A stretch of 5,959 nt of DNA from Ostreococcus tauri (Eukaryota), in the NCBI GenBank assembly GCA_000214015.2, contig CAID01000015.2:355323-361281 (forward strand), written 5' to 3'. Shown in pieces: positions 1-5,103 of the stretch (positions are counted from its first letter, which is position 1; each line of letters begins with the position of its first letter). A program made the position numbers and the translations under genes. The notes beneath the pieces are model-generated. The model saw nothing but the letters and a program-made list of their open reading frames with translations, searched no databases and was not told the origin of the DNA.

Positions 1-1024
1 CAGAAGCTAAATAGTTGCATGTCAAGCACGGCGAGGCGAGTGAACGTGACGCCACAGTTGTCCAGTCTTTTGTATCGAAGAGCTGTACCATTCCCTTCCC
101 GATCGTCTCACCAATCTCTTGCGTACCTAACGCAAGAACGATTTCATCCGCTCGAAACGACAGACATGTCACGGCCAAACCTTTGTTGTGATCCAATACC
201 GTGTCTAAACGTGCGCTCTCAGTCTCCAGGTTGACCCGCCAAACGTGCAAGCACCCGTCAGAAGACCCGGCAGCAACGGTGAGTTCAGGAGCCCTCTGCG
301 TAATTGCAATTGAAATGACGTATTTCAGTTGTTCAGATGCGAGTCTGTGAAGCATTCGGAGCCGAGATCCATCCACTGAGATTTTCCAAATCCTGACCAC
401 ACCATCTCTGCCCGCGGATACAAGCGTTTCATTCCCCGAAAGCGCAACGGCTCGCACCAGCCCATCATGCGCAGCCTTCATACTCGCAACACGGTGTCCA
501 TCGCTGAGCGCCCAAATCGCGAGACTCCCATCATCGGTTCCAGTCGCTGTGATGCTCCCATCTGAACTCACTGTCAGACTCGTCACCGGCGCGCTGTGCT
601 TGCCGAGGAGGTACACCAAGCTCGGCTCGGACTCGTTCATTGGGAGGGAGGTGAACAGCAAATTTTGTGACTCTGCCTGAACGACTAAAATCGCCCCCGG
701 CTGACCTGGGATGAACGCGAACTCCCACCAAGGTCTTCCGGTTGGCGTCGAGACGCCATCCTTGGACGTTTGAAATTGAAATCTTCTGACCTTGCTCCCG
801 CCCGGCGTCACCCTGATCGTGCGAAGGATCCCGAAGTGCTGCACGACGGCGACCAAGGTGGAATCGTTGGGATCTCCAGCACCGCGATCGTACAGCTCTC
901 CGTCCCTGATATTATATCCACCGGCGCGTTCGTCCGAGACGGACTCACCGCGCAGGCCGGACGCGTGCGCGGTCGACTTGTCATCGTCGTCCAAGGGAAG
1001 CGCCACGAGCTTGAGTCTGGACAT
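1..1024 (-). CDS. WD40-repeat protein, 5' part (341 codons; 3' end lies beyond the left window edge)
   Basis: I checked every plus-strand triplet starting at positions equal to 2 mod 3, from 2 to 1078, and found no tta/cta/tca, so this minus-strand frame is open. The upstream in-frame stop is tca at 1079-1081. The first ATG is the complement of cat at 1022-1024. The translation starts MSRLKLVALPLDDDDK. It contains WD-blade-like units: APVTSLTVSSDGSITATGTDDGSLAIWAL, HDGLVRAVALSGNETLVSAGRDGVVRIWKI and AAGSSDGCLHVWRV. It is absent from the supplied ORF track, apparently because it has no stop inside the window. Confidence 0.8.
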   Translation of the reverse strand, partial: MSRLKLVALPLDDDDKSTAHASGLRGESVSDERAGGYNIRDGELYDRGAGDPNDSTLVAVVQHFGILRTIRVTPGGSKVRRFQFQTSKDGVSTPTGRPWWEFAFIPGQPGAILVVQAESQNLLFTSLPMNESEPSLVYLLGKHSAPVTSLTVSSDGSITATGTDDGSLAIWALSDGHRVASMKAAHDGLVRAVALSGNETLVSAGRDGVVRIWKISVDGSRLRMLHRLASEQLKYVISIAITQRAPELTVAAGSSDGCLHVWRVNLETESARLDTVLDHNKGLAVTCLSFRADEIVLALGTQEIGETIGKGMVQLFDTKDWTTVASRSLASPCLTCNYLAS

Positions 1025-1158
1025 CGTGACGAAGACTTTCAATCTCACGCGTGCGCTCGAGCGGACGACGATTCGACGTCAACGTTCGCGGCACCGCGCT
1101 GTGACGCGACCGAGAGCTGTCGGTCGTCCTGTTCAAACCAACTACCTCTCCTCACAGA
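1025..1158. promoter_or_regulatory. 134-bp divergent intergenic region (shared promoter/5'UTRs of the WD40 and IMPase genes)
   Basis: It lies between the minus-strand ATG (1024) and the plus-strand ATG (1159). No convincing coding frame is present. The function is inferred from geometry only. Confidence 0.45.
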
Positions 1159-2705
1159 ATGGCGTCTACGTGCGCTTCCGCGCCCTCTCGCTCGGCGTCC
1201 TCTCGCTCGACGAGAGCATCGATCGATCGTCGACGTCGTCGCGCTCGACGCTTCGCGTTCGTTCATCGCCGCAACGCCGTCTCGGTCGAGGCATCGCCCG
1301 ATGGGACGTCCTTGGAGCGCGTCCTCGAGGTGAGTCGCTCGCGCAGAAGAGTATCGCCGTGAACTGACCGACGTTCGCGCTCAGGCGGCTGTGCGAGCGG
1401 CGAAGGAGGGTGGGACCGTCATGGCTCGCAAGGTCGGCGCGGAAGTCATAAAAACCAAGGCCAACGCTCGAGACTTGCTCACAGAGGTGGACGGGGAGGT
1501 GCAACGAATCATCGAGGCAAAGGTAGCCGAGGAGTTCCCACACCACGGTTTTCTGGTAAGACAGCAAGGTCTCTGTTTTCATCAGAACGACACTAACGAA
1601 CGCGGTAGGGCGAAGAAAGCGTCGCGGCCGGTAAAGATGCGAGCGCGGATGCGCTCAGGGAGGTGTTGGAGACGGGTATGTTGAGTCGTCTCGCACGCGT
1701 TGACGGGAATTTAATTAATTATTCGCAAGGGAAATACGCCTCGATATTCGCGCATGGGACACTGATTGACTGTAAATCGACGCGCAGGACCGGAGTGGCT
1801 GTGGGTCGTCGATCCTATCGACGGCACGACAAATTTCGTGCACGGCTTGCCGTTATCGGCGATCTCCATCGGAGTGGCTTACAAAGGGTGAGTATTAAAT
1901 AATTCTTCATGGACACTTTTGTAAGACTTGACGCGCGTACGCGCGACCCAGAGGCGTGAAAACTGACCACCACGTTTCGATGCGTTCGCTCTGCAGGGAA
2001 CTGCAAGTGGCGGTAATTATGGATCCGTTTCGCGACGAATGCTTCACGGCTGTCCTCGGTGGTGGTGCGAAATTAAATGGCACTCCCATAAAGGTGGGCG
2101 AGGAGGCCACCGCCTTGGAAGCAGTCGTCGTGACCGGATACGCGCCCACGGACGCGTCGACTGAGGTTATGCTCAAGGGGATGACAGGTATTTCGCGCTC
2201 ATCTCGTCGTGAAGCGCGAAAATTAATTTTGAGAAGCAAAGACTGATTAATTAATTATTTGCGCGCGCAGCTTTGGCCACTTTACCGGTCCGGACGATCC
2301 GTATGTTCGGAAGCGCGGCTATCATGCTCGCGTGGGTGGCTTGTGGAAGAGTCACGGCCTATTTCGAGGCCGATCTAAACAGCTGGGACACCGCCGCGGG
2401 AGCATTGTTGGTGAGTGGATCTATTTATTTAATTTTCTCGAGTCATTTATTTCCGCCCTCGCAGATTAGAGAAGCGGGCGGTCGCATGACAAACCTCGTC
2501 GGAGAGGAATATGGTCCGTTTGAATACCTCGCGCGACGACGTAAATCTGTTCAGATCGCGATGATTCGACGTCCACGCGATTCGAGTGACTGAAGAAATA
2601 AATAAATTTTTTCACGCAGACCTCACTGTCAGGCCGATTTTGGCTAGCAACGGCGCGACTCACGACGAGCTACTGCGTTGTCTCATGTCTACTCAGCGGT
2701 GTTGA
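1159..2705 (+). CDS. Inositol monophosphatase family protein (SuhB/IMPL1-like), probably organelle-targeted; 8 exons, 324 aa
   Basis: Model: join(1159..1329,1385..1555,1609..1675,1788..1887,1997..2187,2271..2410,2465..2513,2620..2705), 975 nt in total with stop tga at 2703-2705. The spliced protein restores the family motifs in order. These are LERVLE|[24 protein letters not shown]|[74 protein letters not shown]|IREAGG and [13 protein letters not shown]. Every junction is GT..AG and keeps the reading frame. The first ~45 aa ([34 protein letters not shown]..) are R/S/A-rich and look like a transit peptide. Confidence 0.9.
1330..1384 (+). other. Intron 1 of IMPase gene (55 nt, phase 0)
   Basis: GTGAGT donor at 1330, CTGAC branch-like site at 1364-1368, CAG acceptor ending at 1384. 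It joins ..SLERVLE to [10 protein letters not shown].., restoring the N-terminal helix typical of the family. The unspliced frame stops at 1360-1362. Confidence 0.8.
1556..1608 (+). other. Intron 2 of IMPase gene (53 nt, phase 0)
   Basis: GTAAGA donor, CTAAC branch consensus (cactaacg), TAG acceptor ending at 1608. It joins FPHHGFL to the metal-binding GEE motif. Its length is not a multiple of 3, which explains the frame change between track ORFs. Confidence 0.85.
1676..1787 (+). other. Intron 3 of IMPase gene (112 nt, phase 1)
   Basis: GTATGT donor at 1676, CAG acceptor ending at 1787. It joins ..REVLET-G(g|ga)[13 protein letters not shown]. It carries the pure-A/T core TTAATTAATTATT at 1711-1723. 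Confidence 0.85.
1888..1996 (+). other. Intron 4 of IMPase gene (109 nt, phase 2)
   Basis: GTGAGT donor at 1888, CTGAC at 1964-1968, CAG acceptor ending at 1996. It joins ..IGVAYK-G(gg|g)[11 protein letters not shown].. It has the A/T core tattaaataatt just after the donor and a 14-nt palindrome CGCGCGTACGCGCG at 1932-1945. Confidence 0.85.
2188..2270 (+). other. Intron 5 of IMPase gene (83 nt, phase 1)
   Basis: GTATTT donor at 2188, CAG acceptor ending at 2270. It joins ..MLKGMT-A(g|ct)[16 protein letters not shown].. The unspliced frame stops at 2244-2246. It contains TTAATTAATTATT at 2247-2259 and aaattaatttt at 2220-2230. Confidence 0.85.
2411..2464 (+). other. Intron 6 of IMPase gene (54 nt, phase 0, in-frame and stop-free)
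   Basis: GTGAGT donor at 2411, CAG acceptor ending at 2464. Removing it fuses WDTAAGALL to IREAGG, which is the contiguous family motif. The retained sequence would encode [18 protein letters not shown], which has no counterpart in the family. It is AT-rich (tatttatttaatttt). Confidence 0.8.
2514..2619 (+). other. Intron 7 of IMPase gene (106 nt, phase 1, weak donor GTCCGT)
   Basis: GT at 2514, CAG acceptor ending at 2619, preceded by aaataaataaatttttt. Splicing gives ..[26 protein letters not shown].., which matches the conserved C-terminal (V/I)LASN..H.ELL signature. The unspliced frame ends at 2593 in an unrelated R-rich tail. Confidence 0.75.
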
Positions 2706-2770
2706 GTCGCATTTGATTGTTCTACACGCTACATGCTACCATAGTCTATAATCCCAACCGCACCTTACTC
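2706..2770. terminator. 65-bp convergent 3' spacer (3'UTR/polyadenylation zone shared by the IMPase and small-protein genes)
   Basis: It lies between stop tga 2703-2705 (+) and stop 2771-2773 (-). It is locally AT-richer and contains ATTTGATTGT at 2711-2720. The function is inferred from position. Confidence 0.4.
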
Positions 2771-3148
2771 TCACTTCTTTGTCGGCGTCTTCTTACGAAA
2801 CCCGAGCGCCTCTAGGTCCTGCGTCACCACATTCGATCGACCTCTCAGTTGCGGAGGCAAGAGCGTATTCACCTTGCCGATCGAATTAGGATTCTTATGC
2901 TGTCCTTGACGCGGATTCATAAGCGGCGCAGGCGCTGGGCGCTTCATTCCCGTCGACTCGTTCGCGCCGCCGCCGCCCGCGAACGCCGCCGACGCAGACG
3001 GTAACGATATTTTCGCCTTTGGAGCCTCGTTCTTCGTCTCCATCTTCACCGGTGACGCTGTGCTCTTACCCTTTCGGTTTTCCCCCTCGCTTTCATTCTC
3101 TCTCACCTCCTCGTCGTCGTCCGAGGACGAGTAGTCCAGTCCGAGCAT
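2771..3148 (-). CDS. Small (125 aa) low-complexity protein with an acidic Ser/Asp/Glu N-terminus and a basic C-terminus; function unknown
   Basis: Complete ATG-to-TGA ORF (ATG is the complement of 3146-3148). Sequence landmarks: MLGLDYSSSDDDEEVRENESEGEN..., ...LLPPQLRGRSNVVTQDLEALGFRKKTPTKK. It fills the gap between two well-supported genes and its composition is not the R/A-rich shadow type. I do not recognise a family with confidence. Confidence 0.65.
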   Translation of the reverse strand: MLGLDYSSSDDDEEVRENESEGENRKGKSTASPVKMETKNEAPKAKISLPSASAAFAGGGGANESTGMKRPAPAPLMNPRQGQHKNPNSIGKVNTLLPPQLRGRSNVVTQDLEALGFRKKTPTKK

Positions 3149-3432
3149 TCTTTCTCTCCGTGACCACGCTCGAGTCGGCGTCGTCCGTCGTCGCCCGTCC
3201 TCCTCCGAGCTCGTCGACCGATCGATCGATCCCGTCGCGCGGAGCGTTCACCGATCGTCTCTGCACCGCGCGCGCTCGCTCGCGCGCGAGGCGCCCCGCC
3301 CTGTGCGGACTCGGTCGATTCACTCGAGCTCGTCGTGACGTGGACGAGGGAGACGTCGAGTGCGTTGAAATCGTGCATCCGTCGCCGCACACCGCGTCGT
3401 ACGACGCGCCGTCGACCCCGGAGGGCGTCCTC
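3149..3432. promoter_or_regulatory. 284-bp divergent intergenic region (promoters/5'UTRs of the small-protein and methyltransferase genes)
   Basis: It lies between the minus ATG (3148) and the first in-frame plus ATG (3433). It is very GC-rich, with (CGAT)3 at 3219-3231 and a 12-nt palindrome CTCGCGCGCGAG near 3279-3290. The open plus frame here has no ATG. Confidence 0.4.
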
Positions 3433-4371
3433 ATGTTCACCGCGAGCGTGCACACGCTCACCGCGCGCGCGCTGTTCGCCGTGAGGTCGTCGCACGGGCG
3501 ACGCGCGCCCGCGATGAGCTCGACGTCGACGTCTTCGGGACATCACCGAGAGGACGAGCGACACGCGGCGAGCGTGACGTCGAGACGAAGCGCGTTCGTC
3601 GCGAGCGGATCGGCGGCGATATTACGTACGATCGGCGTCGGGGCGGCGACGCACGTCGGGAAGGCGCGAGCGTTCGGGGCGCCGCGGGCGAAGAGCGACC
3701 CGTACGCCGACGTCTTAAAGGACCCGCAGTTTCCGGACAAGTACCCGTTCGGAGAGAAGGAGATGGCGCGATACGACGAGAGCTCTGATTTTATCTTTTA
3801 TTCTCAACCGAGATTCGTGACGCACATCGACGACGAGGCGATCGGGGCCCTAACCAAGTATTACGAACGCGAGTTTCCGCCGGCGAGCGACGACGTGGCG
3901 ATTTTGGATGTGTGCAGCAGCTGGATCTCGCACTATCCGAACGGGTACAAGGCTGGGAAAATCTCTGGGGTGGGCATGAACGAGGATGAGCTTAAGAGAA
4001 ACCCGGTGCTCACCGACTACGCGGTTCGGGACCTGAATGAGGACCCGACGTTTCCGTACGCCGATAACACCTTTGACGTCGTCACCAACACGGTGAGCGT
4101 GGACTATCTCACCAGACCACTCGACGTCATGAAAGAGGTGAGACGAGTTTTGAAACCGGGTGGACTCGCCATCATGAGTTTTAGTAACAGATGCTTCCCG
4201 ACCAAGGCTGTGGCGATCTGGACCGCCACGGGCGATCTCGACCACGTCTGGATTGTCGGCGCGTACTACCACTTCGCCGGCGGCTTTGAGCCTCCTCAGG
4301 GCGAGGACATCTCCCCGAACCCCGGGCGAACCGACCCAATGTTCGTCGTCACGGCGAGAAAGAGTGCGTAG
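3433..4371 (+). CDS. SAM-dependent methyltransferase (Methyltransf_11-type, plant/cyanobacterial-like) with an N-terminal presequence; 312 aa
   Basis: The track ORF 3019..4371 begins at a TTG; the first true ATG in that frame is at 3433. MFTASVHTLTARALFAVRSSHGRRAPAMSSTSTSS.. looks like a transit peptide. The conserved core runs FYSQPRFVTHIDDEAIGALTKYY, then ILDVCSSWISHYP (motif I region), FDVVTNTVSVDYL and VLKPGGLAIMSFSNR (post-I/II motifs of class I methyltransferases). Stop tag at 4369-4371. Confidence 0.85.
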   Translation: MFTASVHTLTARALFAVRSSHGRRAPAMSSTSTSSGHHREDERHAASVTSRRSAFVASGSAAILRTIGVGAATHVGKARAFGAPRAKSDPYADVLKDPQFPDKYPFGEKEMARYDESSDFIFYSQPRFVTHIDDEAIGALTKYYEREFPPASDDVAILDVCSSWISHYPNGYKAGKISGVGMNEDELKRNPVLTDYAVRDLNEDPTFPYADNTFDVVTNTVSVDYLTRPLDVMKEVRRVLKPGGLAIMSFSNRCFPTKAVAIWTATGDLDHVWIVGAYYHFAGGFEPPQGEDISPNPGRTDPMFVVTARKSA

Positions 4372-4392
4372 GCGGTCGCTCATCCAGCGATG

Positions 4393-4407
4393 TTTGATTT
4401 GATTTGA
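4393..4407 (+). repeat. (TTTGA)x3 pentanucleotide tandem repeat in the 99-bp spacer after the methyltransferase stop
   Basis: Direct reading gives tg-TTTGA-TTTGA-TTTGA-tgtttg at 4391-4413. It is an A/T-rich patch in a GC-rich context, 22 nt downstream of the stop codon. Confidence 0.8.
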
Positions 4408-4470
4408 TGTTTGCTCTTCAACCGCGCGCGCGTTCGCTCGAGCCGCCGCAGTGCGAGGCTCCTCGAGCAC

Positions 4471-4692
4471 ATGCTCGCCCCTCTTTCCCTCGTCCCTCCG
4501 TGCCGCGCCCACTTCACGCGCGGGCGCAACACGAACGCGCCCTCGAGCGTCCGTGCGAGCGCCGCGCGACGGACGATCGAGAAGAGAGACGACGCGAGCG
4601 CGCGAGGTGACATCGTCGATGGACGTCGACGTGTCCTCGGTGCTCTCATCGCGCTGACGTGTTCGATGACGACCGACGACGCGGCGATGGCC
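4471..4692 (+). other. Predicted targeting presequence: stromal-type transit peptide followed by a Tat-like lumenal signal (RRR + hydrophobic core + A-M-A)
   Basis: Residues 1-50 are hydroxylated and basic. They are followed by G-RRR-VLGALIALTCSM (RRR at 4624-4632) and TTDDAAMA, which ends at 4692 immediately before the conserved domain. This architecture is typical of thylakoid-lumen Tat substrates. It is an inference, not a prediction-tool result. Confidence 0.5.
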
Positions 4693-5040
4693 AAGGATGG
4701 GAAGAACGGGGTGTACTTCATCGAACCGAGGGATAAGGCGACGGTGGGACGACAGTTCGACGTGAAGATGGGGGTGAAGGGCTACGAGCTCGCCCCGGCG
4801 GCGAACGGGTTACAGGAGGGCACGGGACACCACCACCTCATCATCGATGGACCGACGTTCGTGGAGAAGGGAGCGGAGATTCCGTTCGATGAGACCCATT
4901 TACACTTTGGGAAGGCGCAGAAGGAGGGGGTGGTGAACCTGACCCCGGGCGAGCACACGCTCACGCTGCAATTCGCGGACGCCAAGCACCGGTCGTTTGG
5001 GAAAAAGTTTGCCAAGCAAATCACGGTCATCGTGGAGTAG
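4471..5040 (+). CDS. DUF4399-like protein (conserved His cluster) with a bipartite, twin-arginine-type presequence; 189 aa
   Basis: The track ORF 4411..5040 starts at a TTG; the first ATG in frame is at 4471. The mature part reads GVYFIEPRDKATVGRQFDVKMGVKGYELAPA..GTGHHHLIIDG..IPFDETHLHFGKAQKEGVVNLTPGEHTLTLQFADAKHRSFG..ITVIVE. This matches my memory of the DUF4399 pattern (V.F..P.dGatV..., GHHHL(L/I)ID, H(I/L)HFG.GQtE, G.HTL.LQ.ad..H). Stop tag at 5038-5040. Confidence 0.8.
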   Translation: MLAPLSLVPPCRAHFTRGRNTNAPSSVRASAARRTIEKRDDASARGDIVDGRRRVLGALIALTCSMTTDDAAMAKDGKNGVYFIEPRDKATVGRQFDVKMGVKGYELAPAANGLQEGTGHHHLIIDGPTFVEKGAEIPFDETHLHFGKAQKEGVVNLTPGEHTLTLQFADAKHRSFGKKFAKQITVIVE

Positions 5041-5103
5041 AAGGTTCGTATCGCGCGCGCGGTGCTATTATAAGAGCTAACTAATTTTGTGTGTTGATCG
5101 CGC
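5041..5103. terminator. 63-bp convergent 3' spacer (3'UTR/polyadenylation zone of the DUF4399-like and DUF3429-like genes)
   Basis: It lies between stop 5038-5040 (+) and stop 5104-5106 (-). It contains the only AT-rich patch in the area: gctattataagagctaactaattttgtgtgttgatcg. Confidence 0.4.

Noticed and set aside
19-731. Track ORFs 19..234 (+) and 531..731 (-)
   Set aside because: Both lie inside the 341-codon WD40 frame, one antisense and one out of frame. Neither has recognisable motifs.
1047-1052. ACGCGT (MluI/MCB-like cell-cycle box) and the adjacent GACGTCAACGTT palindromes in the 1025..1158 promoter
   Set aside because: ACGCGT also occurs in coding sequence (961-966) and in intron 3 (1695-1700). 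CG-rich hexamer palindromes are expected at high frequency in this composition, so there is no evidence of specific function.
770-1367. Track ORFs 770..1333 (+, 187 aa) and 792..1367 (+, 191 aa)
   Set aside because: They run antisense to the verified WD40 frame, cross the intergenic region and overlap IMPase exon 1 out of frame. Their products are R/S/P-rich and low-complexity. These are typical GC-rich shadow ORFs, and at least one starts at a non-ATG codon.
1932-1945. 14-nt perfect palindrome CGCGCGTACGCGCG in intron 4, and 12-nt palindrome CTCGCGCGCGAG near 3279-3290
   Set aside because: These are short alternating-CG palindromes that arise easily in GC-rich DNA. They have no flanking structure, partner repeats or positional logic that I could see.
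1166-2239. Minus-strand ORFs 1166..1582 (138 aa), 1815..2006 and 1907..2239 (110 aa)
   Set aside because: They are antisense to IMPase exons and introns. They cross intron/exon borders without regard to them and show no family features.
2514-2593. C-terminal tail of track ORF 2273..2593 ([26 protein letters not shown]) as the true protein end
   Set aside because: This is intron 7 read-through. The spliced alternative restores the conserved LASN..H.ELL C-terminus, so I treat the tail as intronic. It is still flagged as a possible retention isoform.
1676-2619. Intron-hosted snoRNAs in the three >100-nt introns (3, 4, 7)
   Set aside because: I looked for C (RUGAUGA) and D (CUGA) boxes with terminal stems, and for H/ACA layout. 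I found only isolated CTGA words and one imperfect TGATTC about 30 nt from a CTGA in intron 7, which is too short and has no terminal pairing.
3019-3432. The 5' extension of track ORF 3019..4371 (the full 450-aa version)
   Set aside because: It begins at a TTG and has no ATG before 3433. It overlaps the minus-strand gene 2771..3148. It encodes P/S/R-rich low-complexity sequence unrelated to the methyltransferase fold.
3093-3740. Minus-strand ORFs 3093..3461, 3103..3564 and 3543..3740
   Set aside because: They are extremely Arg-rich shadows in the GC-rich promoter and presequence region, and they mutually overlap in different frames.
3850-4721. Minus-strand ORFs 3850..4512 (220 aa) and 4380..4721 (113 aa); plus-strand ORFs 4404..4610 and 4451..4657
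   Set aside because: They are antisense or out of frame relative to the strongly motif-supported methyltransferase and DUF4399-like frames. Their R/A-rich composition matches GC-driven open frames.
4782-5030. Minus-strand ORF 4782..5030 (82 aa)
   Set aside because: It is antisense to the conserved DUF4399-like domain and has no motifs.
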